From positions 25,420,001-25,484,000 of the forward strand of contig OZ260664.1 of assembly GCA_965285935.1 (NCBI GenBank): 64,000 nucleotides of DNA, written 5' to 3'. Within the stretch, counting starts at the first letter, position 1. Each line of letters starts with the position of its first letter. Shown here one piece after another: positions 39,624 to 52,576 of the stretch. A program made the translations under genes and the position numbers. This stretch comes from Ophelia neglecta. Taxonomy: Eukaryota. The notes beneath the pieces are model-generated. The model saw only the letters and a list, made by a program, of their open reading frames with translations. It ran no database searches and was not told where the DNA came from.

Positions 39624-40548
39624 CTGACAAACGATGAAGCCCATAAGTAAATGTTTTTTTATTTTTCTCTTCTCTCTTATAATCACGACAATTAATGATT
39701 CACGACAACTCTCGATAACCTACGATAATTCATGAACATCTATAATAACCCACGATAAACCACGATTAATCACAATAATGCAAAATAACCCTTAACAATA
39801 ATTCACAATAGGCCACAGTTATAGACAGTTACTCCAAACAACCCACAATAACTCTCACATTAATCCACATTAAACCACAATTTTATGCAATATCGAATAA
39901 TACTGAATTATATCCAAATAATAATTCGCGTACCAGTCAGCCTATTAAGGCTGGGCTGCCAGACTTGCGGAGAACATAAAGTTGGATGCCAGTTGCCAGT
40001 TGCCAATTAATTTTTATTTACAAAACGTGAAGCTGGCTGCCAGTTGCCAATTCAACTTTTTACGCAAAAGTGAAAATAAAATAGCAAACAATGTGAAAAT
40101 GAAACAAATTAACAAACTTCATTAATGTCTTCAGGTTTTCATCGAGGTGAAAACCTTATTTCTATTTTAGCAGATACCTGAATTGGGAGCTGAGAAATCC
40201 AACTGGCAGATGCGTCTGCCACGTCTCGCTTAAATGTATAGACATCAAATAGACACACAAACAGTTTAAGAATCGTTTTTCCTTTCAATTTGTGACACTT
40301 TTGAACACTATACTACTTTAAGCTATGTCAAACAGCCAAGAGAGTGAAACACAAGAAGAATGATTTTTAACACATAAACCTAGGCCTATATTTATTTGAT
40401 GTGAAAACAATCTTATTTAAGTCTACAATTCATCAATTCAAAGCATCTGAATGCGCAACATTACTTGGTTATAGCGAAAACTAGTGGAGATCCGAATTGG
40501 TAACAGAGAAAATCGAACTGGCTAGCTGTCAATTCATATAACGTGGCC

Positions 40549-40910
40549 TAGAGGTCATTTGACATCGACCTTTGTGACTGGATTGGTTGTGGATGTGGCA
40601 GGTTGGACATCTCCCGAATCGATTTTGACCCTTTGAAGTGCAATTCGGGTGTGAAAATATCCTTAACATTGTGTCAATTGATAGGAAACGTATTTTAGAG
40701 GTCATTTGAAATTGACCAGGGTGACTGAATTGGTTATTGAAGTCCCAGGTTGGCCATCTCACGATTCAAATTTTTGACCCTTTGATGTGGAATTTGGGTA
40801 TGAGAATGGCTTTAACGTGGTGTCAGTTGGTATGGAACGTGTTTTAGAGGTCATTTGACATCGACTTGTGTGACTTGATTGCTCGATGAAGTCCCAGGTT
40901 GGCCATCTTA
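40549..40910. repeat. Diverged tandem repeat of about 148 bp (about 2.5 copies; further partial copy near 41545-41650)
   Basis: TAGAGGTCATTTGA recurs near 40549, 40695 and 40845; AAGTCCCAGGTTGGCCATCT recurs. Confidence 0.7.
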
Positions 40911-40937
40911 TTGTTATTGCATTTTCACCTGTTCAGA

Positions 40938-41290
40938 AATCTTCCCTGAGTGTGTCAATAAATAATACATTTATTTCGCCATAAATATACAATTAATTGA
41001 TGGATAAGTGCCACAGCATTCCAACCTGTCTGTAAACCAGATTAAATGCGTTAGGGGTTGCTTTAATAAGGGCCAAATCACCATTATTTTTATGATACGC
41101 TTGGCTTGGTGTTCTATAACAACCCCCCCCCCCCCTCCCCCTATAAAAAGCTACCGTAAATCAAGGGTACCAAGCTCTCACCTGCGCAGATTGAAAAATG
41201 GGTGAATTTCAATGGTGGTTCAAACTTTAGCAAACTCTGAGAAGAGCGAGCATCGCGCAGAGAGCGCTATCATGGAAGAACAAGAGCGCG
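40938..41290 (+). repeat. Local duplication, copy 1 (copy 2 about 42559-42832)
   Basis: AAATCTTCCCTGAG..ATACATTTATTTCGCCATAAATATACA..GATAAGTGCCAC..TGTAAACCAGATTAAATG and GAGCATCGCGCAGAGAGCG occur in both places. Confidence 0.8.
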
Positions 41291-44200
41291 CCAGTGGCGT
41301 AGGAACCGGGGGGGGGGGGGGGCATGGCCCCCACTTAAAAAAATGGGGGCCATCGTATGTTTTGCCCCCCCCCCTTCCACTTTTTAATGATGACCCTCTT
41401 ACTTTTTGCCCTCTCAAAATGGTGCAATGCAGCAGTGGTCAGTTGGCTTGAACATAATCATATAGTTACCTGTGGGCAGGTTATTTTCAACCCATTACAC
41501 ATCCAATTATTGAATTAATTAAATGTTTTTTGGATTGCTCGTTTAAGTCCCAGGTTGGCCATCTCACGATTCGTATGATTAGAAATTCGGGTATGAGAAT
41601 GGCCTTAGCATTGTGTCAATTGATATGAAACGTGTTCTCGAGGACATTGATCTGTGTCCTTTGAAAGCAAAATAAAAGTTCCTAAGAGTGAAATGCGATC
41701 TAATTCACAATTAAACAAAAAATCTGAATCGTGAAACGTGAAACCTGTACCAAACTGAATGCTACTACACGAGTCAAAAAAGACTGAATAATGAAACGTC
41801 AAACGTGATATAGTTCATTTACTGGCAAGACGAGTTGAATAGTCAGAATGTCTACAGCACAGATACACATCAGAAATTAATAACATTTTCATGAATAATT
41901 GAAGATGTGTACAATGATCGACCATGGAGCTAGATGAAGATCACACGCTGTCCCTTTATATTCATTCCCTAATTTAAGGCTGAGTTCCCTATCGATCTAG
42001 ATGTCGTATGGTTTCTTTCCGAAAGGTGTAATGTGATGGCAGATGGAAGCACCTTTGTTGATAAATTCGATCTCATTTGATCTTTATTAGGCCAATTTGT
42101 TAATTTACTTCAGCGAGGAAAGCTTTCCAATTGCTAGGAGTCATTTATATAAACACAACTGGATCAAATCGAACAAGACTTATTATCTCGAGACTCGACT
42201 TTTCACATCGAGGCTCGAAACCCGATCTAAGGTCAGACTTGTCAACAAATCTCTGGGTAACTGGTTGGTTGCTGATTGTTAGGACATCAAAGCGGCCGAC
42301 GCAATCACGTCGTCTATGTTATAAAATATATATGAACATATCAGTGGGTTATGATGTGTAGTACACTTAACGCTTGGTAATCAACGTAAAACTTAAAACA
42401 GAGGCTCATTTTATCATAGTACGTCCCACAAGCATGTGAGGGGGTTGGGGTGAGTGGGGGGGGGGGGGGGCGGAGGTGGGGGGGGGGTAGCATGGAAGGT
42501 GGTAGGGGTCAGTAAAATAAAATTATGCAGTAAATAAATTATTTTACAATTCAGATGTAAATCTTCCCTGAGGGTGTTTATAATTAATACATTTATTTCG
42601 CCATAAATATACATTTAGTTGATAGATAAGTGCCACGGCCTTCCAACCAGTCTGTAAACCAGATTAAATGTGTTAGGGGTTGCTTTATTAAGGGTCCAGC
42701 CTCCAATACCTTTATGATACGCCTGGCTTGGAGTCCTATTACTACCTCCCCCCCTCCCCCCATAAAAAGTTAAGCAAATTTTGAGAAGAAGGAGCATCGC
42801 GCAGAGAGCGTTTTCAAAGAAAAACAAGAGCGCTCATCAAGGAGGGAAAAGCGCACATTGCCCAGTAATGCGCGTTAAGTGATACAAGGGTGGTATGGAA
42901 GCGCGCAGTATTGGCGGATGGTAAAAATGAACACTCCCTTAATTATAGTTATTTTCACTTTGAATAAATTGAAAATTGCCAGGAAATTTTCCATTCTTAC
43001 TGCAATAAGTTAGTGTGTATAAAGGCTGATATTCTTCGACGATAATTTAATATGTATTAGGCATGTTATAATTGTCCGGGCAAGCTGAGAAAGTAAATCG
43101 GACTCGTTGTCAGTTGCTTGTCTAAGCTTGCCTGGTTGCCAGGACTTTTAAGATTATTGGCCTAGTGGGGAGATCAGTTCCACGCTGATTCTTGAAGTTT
43201 CGAAGAGTTACTTGGTCGTCATCGCCGGTCTTTTGTTTGTATTTTGTTTGTGTACCTGCCATGAATTAGACTGCGTTTCCAACATATACATATACATTCT
43301 GTGTTTTCACACTTTATATCAATGCATATAAACAAATGCATTCTTACTGTGTAATCCTCCCGACAAGGTAACCCAATGATACCGGCTTGTAAGCACTCGC
43401 TATATCTAAGTCATTAAAGTGGTAAACCTTTTCAGATAGTCAATACAAAGAGGATTATAAGATCGTGTTTGCGACGACAGCTCAGAACAGGGCGCAGTTT
43501 GTATTGATTAGTTTAATCCCATACACCAGTTTTGTACCGCTCGCCTAATACGCTGTTTTCGGGGTTGATTTAGCGATACAGTTTTTGCTTTTACATTATG
43601 CGTTAATCTTAACCTCTGACACCGTCTGCCAATCGCTTGTGATTCGCTCCTCCAAAGCATAGATATACGGCCCGGCACTCGACGTTGTGGCAAAAGCAAA
43701 AATCAGCCCAGGGGGGAGAGACGGACGAAATCTTTGGCAGCTATAGCCCACGTACTTCAGTAATCAGTGAACCTTGTTTGCTTGCTTCACTTGTTTTGCA
43801 TGAACGTCTGCGTGCTGGGTTCATAACTGACATTCTAGCCAAATCTATGACACAGGTAAGCCTGAGCCTTCATTGGATTCTCGTTCAGATGTAGCGGAAC
43901 ATGACGGTTTCTATGTGATTCTCTGTGTTTACCATTACTGTACGAGACACCCGCGAGACTGGTTGGTAGAAGCGCCATTAATTGATTACCATCACGTTCC
44001 AATAGGTTCTGCTCTTTTCACCATACGTATTTTAGGAGGTAACGTTTAGGAAATTCTTGTGAGTAAATAATTTCTTAGTACATATATATATGAATAGTGA
44101 CATTATGCCAGTACGAGTATGCATGAGCATTGGATATTTATTTTATTTTCCTCTAAGATTTTGTTCTTGAGCTCAATCTTAATTTGTGATATAGGCATGT

Positions 44201-45036
44201 TTACACGCATATACTCACAAAATAATATTCCAAAGACACTATACCGCTCCTTCTTATCATTGGGTATTAAGACCTTTAATTAATTATCGGCATTTTAAAA
44301 TTAATATGAGTTTCATTTTGTCGAATTTGAAGGACGTGACATGGTTCATACTTTTAACAGAACGTTATGGGCCCAATTTTTTTATACCACACTTTGTAAT
44401 TGTGTTGTGTTGGGCTTGGTTGCCAACCTCCCGGAGCTGATCTTGTAACCATGAATACAGTAAGACCTATACTTAAACCAATTATATACGGCAAGAATTA
44501 GATCAATTTTATATCAGGAACAATTGACACCTTGAAATCGTGTTAATACGTTAATGAAATTAACTTAATACTCCTCACAAAGCGCTCTTATACGTCTTAA
44601 TCCATTAACAGATCTGCAATGGGACCAGGGCTCAGTCTAGCCTATTGTTTTAACCTTTATTCGAATATGAATCTAGTATTATTTTATCAGTCTTCTACAC
44701 CTCCGCGACAACAAGCTTAAGAGGGTTTCCTAGGGATCAAAGCCACTTAATAATCCTCTTAAGACATAATAATGACCCGCGCGATAAGTTGAACGGTAGT
44801 TTCCAAGTATATTTTTGTATATGAAGGTTTAAAGGTACAGTGTATAGACTGGTTAGAAATGCCAATAGATGGTGTGGAGTCAAGTACAACCTCTGTTTGT
44901 CAAACCACTTCAGTGTGTAGCCTCACGGGTAGAAAAGGATTGGAGTAAAACAAAAAAAGGACCCATATGAAGTCTGAAACATCAGCGCCGCTAATCCTGA
45001 ATAACTATTGACTTGAGCGACTGTGTCAATGTATTC

Positions 45037-45224
45037 CAGGTCCGTAGCCAGGGGGGATCTGGGTGATTTTAACCCCCCCCCCCCCCCCCCCCGAGAGAAA
45101 AGGACCAAAATCAACGCTATAATATGGCAAATTACAGCGGGAATGACTCCTTGGGATTCTCTTGAGATTCCCCCTCCCCAAAATATCGCCCCCCCCCCCC
45201 CAAATCAAAGCTGGCTTCGGGCCA
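45037..45224. mobile_element. GC-rich MITE
   Basis: CAGGTCCGTAGCCAG ... CTGGCTTCGGGCCAG; (G)TATTC on both flanks. Confidence 0.5.
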
Positions 45225-45904
45225 GTATTCACCATTTTTCATACCCAAAATCAAGGTTTTCGATGTTCGTTTGCAATCAAATTATATTCAAAAACAATCG
45301 TGTTTATGAGTAAATCTGGCGCACATTTGTGAGTATATAATATTTTGTTTGAGATTTTGGCCAGTTAAAATGTTAGAGAATGAAGACCAATTGCAGTGAA
45401 TGATTGACGCGTTATTTTTCGATGCAGTGGACAATTTTACTACTACCAATTCGATTCAATCATGGTACGATTTTCCAGCACTAGGCCTATAATATGTACC
45501 TGCATTCACTTATCTAATCAAGTGATTTTAACTCATATACATAGGCTTATAAATAAGCTCATTATTAACTAGGTACAGACAATAGTTTTACGCCACCACT
45601 GTTACACTTCAACCTATGTATAGTCGACCATCTATTATTGAAAACCATGTGGCAACGCGAGAATCCACCGTTCAATTTTATAGCAACAATAGCTGCTTAA
45701 ATATCATGGTACCTGAGCAAGTCTGTCGTCTGCGCGCATAGATTTTATATACGTCTGCCGTCCTAGGTTACATATAAAACGTGCTATTGTGGTCGCTCTG
45801 TGAGACTGGGTTTCATCAAAACTACATAAAAAAAACGCATAAAAATCATTAACAATAGCGACAATGTTAACCATACCGAGAGTGACATTCAAGTTGCAAA
45901 TTTT

Positions 45905-45906
<2 letters not shown>

Positions 45907-45964
<58 letters not shown>
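45907..45964. repeat. (GA)n microsatellite
   Basis: Interrupted GA dinucleotide run. Confidence 0.9.
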
Positions 45965-47141
45965 ACATAAATAATAAATATGCCAATAAGATATCTGGGG
46001 TGGCAGGCGAGACTATTGATTCTCTGCTCCAACAGCGTTTGCTAGTGATAATATTGAGTATTATTTGAGTATGCATACCTCAGAAAGTGGCCTATCGATT
46101 TGTCTACATGATAAAATCAGTACTTCCGTCGTGACAGAAGTCGCCTATAGACACAATGGAGTTCGTTCGAACATCTCAATTATGTTTATACAAAACTATG
46201 AAATGTGATGAGAGGGGGCGAGGAGGGGGGGGGGGTGGGTTATGCATGTTAATCGATGGGGTAGACAATGTCTAAAATGGACGCTCTTTACATATTGTAT
46301 ATGATACAGGTACCCATTTGCCCCTCTATTGCAACTGATTTGTACAAGTGAGAATAAAGATTAATATATTAATACTCAGTTATCATTCACTGTTCTGAAA
46401 GCACGAAAGTTCGATAACATTGATATACTGAGATCACAAGATTAGGTGTTTATACATGCAGGTGTTAGATGGCCCTTTTCCTTCTATTGCCGCTGTTTGA
46501 GGCACACCACTAACAATCCGGTATACTGCGGCCAGACTGGGCTACCAGGCTACCTAGCTCGGGGAGAATTAGTTCCATTCCGAATTAGTACGATACAATG
46601 AATGGTACCCAACAGTGCAGTTTATTTTACCTTGATATAGGCCTACTAGCACACGCCTTATGGCTGGGGTTATTGCGCCAATTTAACAATTACGCTACCA
46701 TTTTGTATCACAATAGACAATATAAGTCTTTTACGCGCAGCGTTATAAATTATATAGTAATATGTCCGATAAAAATTAGCCTGACCACTAGTTTATCAAA
46801 TCTTGACCATGGCCTGTGAAGAATATGCCCTTAGCCTTACCGCAAGAGGTATATTAAAGCATAAATAAAACTGTGCCATAAACAACAAATCAATTTTGCT
46901 AAATTACGTATTAATACGTGCACGATTTGCGGAGACTTTATTTTCGGCATCCGAAACGGGGGCAAATTCACCACCCTTCCAGTGAAAAGCGCTATATAAA
47001 TTTGCTATATAAATTTAGCAAGCTGTATAAAAAAATCAAATAAAATTGGAGCCCGCGATGGTAGACTTTTCTTATGATTTCCGTTCTAAACCTCACTATT
47101 TCTGCTTTGTATTTCAGATCTGCACCTAGACTTTTAAAATA

Positions 47142-49378
47142 ATGTACGAATATACAAAGCCCCGAGGCCCAATCGCGGCCATGTACAGTAGCCCGGGGCC
47201 GTGCTATGGGCTGCCCGGACTAGTGGGCCATAACACCCATGACCCCCGCAGTGTTCACACGAAGAACCCCGCCTGGCTGTTTGGTATAAAGCACGGAAAG
47301 TTTAGCATGGACTCTAGTCCCGGGCCTGTTCACTACCCAGACGTACAGTACACCCGGAGCGGAAAAAATGGTGCCCCTCACTACTCCTTGTATGGACGAC
47401 AGAGGGACATCAAGGGCTTCGCCCCACCAGGCCCGGGTGCCTATAGCCCCGAGGCCGTTGGGCCAAGCGCCTACCCTCACGCCGCCCAGTACAGCTTTGG
47501 CTCCCGAACCAGAACACGCTCTTCAGACGCTAACCCAGGTATGTTATTAGACAGTCAGATATGTTAAATAAACCGCCCGAATGCTCCATCTAAAATCAAT
47601 AAAATGGATGGTCAGAGCAGGAGTTGGTTGGTGTATGATAGCCAAATAACCTGCAACGTTAAGCCAAATTGTCGATTTTTATAGCTCACAAGGCATATTC
47701 GAATAATTATGAACATTTTAATATCAGCCCCCAACGTGTACTCAATGCCGTCGATGCTGGGACCGACTGTGGTATCTAACAAACCGCAGGCACCTATCTA
47801 TTCCCAAAGGGGCAGAAGTAATGTAGGAAGCTTCCATGAGGATCTCCAACATGTGAGTATCTACAGGAGTCTGCGCTTTAAATACAAAAATATACGTTTC
47901 ATTTATCATATAGTGATCATAGTGTACAGAGAATAAAAAAACATTGAGCGTTGATGCTGTCCGTATATATGCTAGGCCATGCGTGTCTAAAATGGCCACG
48001 TCTCAATTATAAAGGGACCCTGCATTGAAAAATAACCCCCTTTAAATGGCGTACTCGTTTTTTTCAGACTCCCGGCCCCGGTGCTTACTCCTCCATCGAC
48101 CCAAACAGCTACAAACTTCAGAATCCCATTTACAGCTTGCGTAGCCGAAATCCCATGCCGGGAGACACCACTATGAAACCAGGCCCAGGGGCACACTCAC
48201 CTGAAAGGGTACGCTGCCTATCAAAATATGTTACTTATATAAACTGCAGTATTACAAGCTTTTACAGATTTAATATACGTACACTGCATAATGTTTTTAC
48301 TGGATGCATAGAAGATACAACTGAATTATTCATTTTTATCATAGCTATAGTGTATATATATTTATTCAAATTTTGTCAAATGAATTCAGTACACGTGTAT
48401 ACCGATTGACGTAATATTCATTAACTGGAAAAGAAATCTATCGCCAGAGAAAAGAGGTTTAACATAATGAGTACATCAGAAATATATTTTAATAGTTAAA
48501 TGACCGGCCAAATCCTTGGCTATGAGACCGACACATAAACACAACTTGTGTTTAAGCTGGAAAGTTAAAAATAGTAAACTTAACTATATAGTGCAATATT
48601 GCATTGCATGAACATAGTCTTGACCGGTTCGATTCGTGGGAAACCACCGGAAATTACAATCTTGTAAAATTCTAAACCTCAACTTTGCCACTGACTAAAG
48701 TAGTATACTCCTATCGACAAATTAGAAATAGGGTTATTCCTTTATTTGGTAGTAAAAATATATTTATTTACTTTCTCTTCATACTGCAATGATGTGGAGG
48801 TACGAGAACCACGCCATAGTCATATGAAATCTGCTCTTCTCAGTACTTTAAATAACATTGGCGAGAGTGACTTCTAAATGGATATTTAAAAAAATTACAT
48901 TGCAACTAAATTAAACTATAATAAAACATTCAAGGACAAAATAATACGGATTGGTCGGAGTATTATTTAAAATTAATTGCATGTTGAAATACTAGCAATA
49001 ATCGTTAAAAATGATGACCATTCTAATTTAGTATTGGATGTATATCCATGTTGTAGGTTTCGGGCAGTTTATAATTTAAACTTAAGTAGTTATCAGATGA
49101 ATTAAACGCCTGTATTCCGTATTCTTATCATCAGATCTAACTATTAACATATCTAATTACTATTGTTGTTATCTTTTACAGAACTTTGAAGTTTTTTGGG
49201 TTATCAGTTTTTTGGAGTGTTCATTATATTCGCCTATACACTATGGCGAAAACTAATCGTGAGACTTTTCTTATGTGTATTTCAGGTTTACGTGAACAAG
49301 AGATCGGCCCCTAATTTTTCTTTCGGTATCCGACACACAGACTATTCTTGTCCTCTCATCGTAGACGTCGAAGATTAA
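47142..49378 (+). CDS. ODF3: Outer dense fiber protein 3-like (ODF3/CIMAP1, SHIPPO PGP-repeat ciliary/flagellar protein), 251 aa
   Basis: Exons 47142-47538, 47728-47852, 48068-48208, 49286-49378 (intron phases 1,0,0). N-terminus KPRGPIAAMYSSPGPCY, about six PGP-x-Y repeats, C-terminus APNFSFGIRH. Acceptor at 47117 implies a non-coding first exon; candidate donor at 43855/43856 is CAG|GTAAGC. Confidence 0.92.
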
Positions 49379-50421
49379 ACAGTGTGATCCAAGACAGTTA
49401 TAACAATGTTGACAGGTTATGGGATGTGTGTCAAAGCAGCTACTACTAGCATGTAGCCGATCTTCGATTAATTCGCATATGAAATTAACATATACAGGTA
49501 TTATTAAAGAGTATTCAGTGTTCCTTCGCTGTTGTGTGATTAATCGTTGCCTGTGGTACATAGCGTGTTTACCGACACAATTTAAGTATTACTCTCAGCT
49601 TAAAAAATACATTAAGTGTCTTTGTCATCAAAGCATTATTCGGCAATATTGTGATATGATAAAAAATTCATGAATAATTGTATCAACAACTATTCAAAGT
49701 TATTATACCCAGTATTATATTTCATTAAGGACGTAAAATACGTATTATTTCGCCTATAACACTTGAACTTACCAATAGGGCCTATTGTTAAAAACACGCT
49801 TGAGGCAAGAAAGTGTAGATTACTCAAACTTTGGAACGTACTTAAGGAAAAACCTCTAGGTCTAGTAAGAATATTGCAAACAAATAACACGTTAATGTTT
49901 TCCTGCAATGTTATGCCTGACAGTATTATGAAATGTAATAAAGTATTTTGTCACCGAGATTGTTCTTTTTTTCATCAAACAAAAAATCTGTGTGTGTTGT
50001 TTATTTGTTTTCAACGGGTGGAGATATCAGACAGTTTTAAGTTATGGAGGGACTTTCCTGTTGCTAAAATATTGTTCTATTTAATTATCTGAAATTGTAT
50101 TCCTTTTATTTCTCCTGTCTAGATTGCAAAGCTTAATCTTCTACAATTAGCCATTTAATAATACAAAGCATGAAATTATTACAACAGTTACTATATTTAT
50201 CTACATATTATTGGCCTCCCTAATCATATTGTAACAGGAGACTCTGTAATTACTCGAGTACATGATTGTGGGTCGGGCATTTCTGGCATAGGCCTATTTC
50301 TGACCTTTTAAGCGCCTCGCCAGCAAGACATGCAGGCAGAGGCATCCACCCATCGCCCTGACCACCAAACGTAACCGGCAATAATAGGGCATTATCCAGT
50401 GTCGGACGTATCATACGTAAT

Positions 50422-52576
50422 AGTAGAACGTTGGATCTGTATCAGACTCTCTCATGACAGTAGAACGTTAGATCTGTATCAGACTCTCTCATGACAGTAG
50501 AACGTTAGATCTGTATCAGACACTCTCATGACAGTAGAACGTTATATCTGTATTAGACTCCCTCATGACAGTAGAACGTTAGATCTGTATCAGACACTCT
50601 CATGATAGTAGAACGTTAGATCTGTATCAGACTCTCTCATGACAGTAGAACGTTAGATCTGTATCAGACTCTCTCATGATAGTATAACGTTATATCTGTA
50701 TCAGACTCCCTCATGATGGTAGAACGTTAGATCTGTATCAGACTCCCTCATGATAGTAGAACGTTAGATCTGTATCAGACTCTCTCATGACAGTAGAACG
50801 TTAGATCTGTATCAGACTCTCTCATGTTAGTAGGACGTTAGATCTGTATCAGACTCTCTCATGACAGTAGAACGTTAGATCTGTATCAGACTCTCTCATA
50901 ATAGTAGAACGTTAGATCTGTATCAGACTCTCTCATGATGGTAGAACGTTATATATGTATCAGACTCTCTCATGACAGTAGAACGTTATATCTGTATTAG
51001 ACTCCCTCATGACAGTAGAACGTTAGATCTGTATCAGACACTCTCATGACAGTAGAACGTTAGATCTGTATCAGACTCTCTCATGACAGTAGAACGTTAG
51101 ATCTGTATCAGACTCTCTCATGATAGTATAACGTTATATCTGTATCAGACTCCCTCATGATGGTAGAACGTTAGATCTGTATCAGACTCCCTCATGATAG
51201 TAGAACGTTAGATCTGTATCAGACTCTCTCATGACAGTAGAACGTTATATCTGTATCAGACTCTCTCATGACAGTAGAACGTTAGATCTGTATCAGACTC
51301 TCTCATGACAGTAGAACGTTAGATCTGTATCAGACTCTCTCATGACAGTAGAACGTTATATCTGTATCAGACTCTCTCATGATAGTAGAACGTTAGATCT
51401 GTATCAGACTCTCTCATGATAGTAGAACGTTATATCTGTATCAGACTCTCTCATGACAGTAGAACGTTAGATCTGTATCAGACTCTCTCATGACAGTAGA
51501 ACGTTAGATCTGTATCAGACTCTCTCATGACAGTAGAACGTTAGATCTGTATCAGACTCTCTCATAATAGTAGAACGTTAGATCTGTATCAGACTCTCTC
51601 ATGATGGTAGAACGTTATATATGTATCAGACTCTCTCATGACAGTAGAACGTTATATCTGTATTAGACTCCCTCATGACAGTAGAACGTTAGATCTGTAT
51701 CAGACACTCTCATGACAGTAGAACGTTAGATCTGTATCAGACTCTCTCATGACAGTAGAACGTTAGATCTGTATCAGACTCTCTCATGATAGTATAACGT
51801 TATATCTGTATCAGACTCCCTCATGATGGTAGAACGTTAGATCTGTATCAGACTCCCTCATGATAGTAGAACGTTAGATCTGTATCAGACTCTCTCATGA
51901 CAGTAGAACGTTATATCTGTATCAGACTCTCTCATGACAGTAGAACGTTAGGTCTGTATCAGACTCTCTCATGACAGTAGAACGTTAGATCTGTATCAGA
52001 CTCTCTCATGACAGTAGAACGTTAGATCTGTATCAGACTCTCTCATGATAGTAGAACGTTAGATCTGTATCAGACTCTCTCATGATAGTAGAACGTTATA
52101 TCTGTATCAGACTCTCTCATGACAGTAGAACGTTAGATCTGTATCAGACACTCTCATGACAGTAGAACGTTAGATCTGTATCAGACTCCCTCATGATGGT
52201 AGAACCTTATATCTGTATCAGACACTCTCGTGACAGTAGAACGTTAGATCTGTATCAGACTCTCTCATGTTAGTAGGACGTTAGATCTGTATCAGACTCT
52301 CTCATGACAGTAGAACGTTAGATCTGTATCAGACTCTCTCATGACAGTAGAACGTTAGGTCTGTATCAGACTCTCATGACAGTAGAACGTTAGATCTGTA
52401 TCAGACTCTCTCATGACAGTAGAACGTTAGATCTGTATCAGACTCTCTCATGACAGTAGAACGTTATATCTGTATCAGACACTCTCGTGACAGTAGAACG
52501 TTATATCTGTATCAGACACTCTGATGATAGTAGAACGTTATATCTGTATCAGACTCTCTCATGTTAGTAGGACGTT
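50422..52576. repeat. 37-bp tandem array, about 58 copies
   Basis: Consensus AGTAGAACGTTAGATCTGTATCAGACTCTCTCATGAC, head-to-tail with no spacers. Confidence 0.97.

Noticed and set aside
48620-48645. tRNA T-arm/B-box-like GGTTCGATTC
   Set aside because: No cloverleaf or A-box found; at most a SINE remnant.
50422-52576. CRISPR-like 37-bp repeats
   Set aside because: Units are contiguous with no unique spacers, there are no cas genes, and the context is eukaryotic; this is a tandem repeat.
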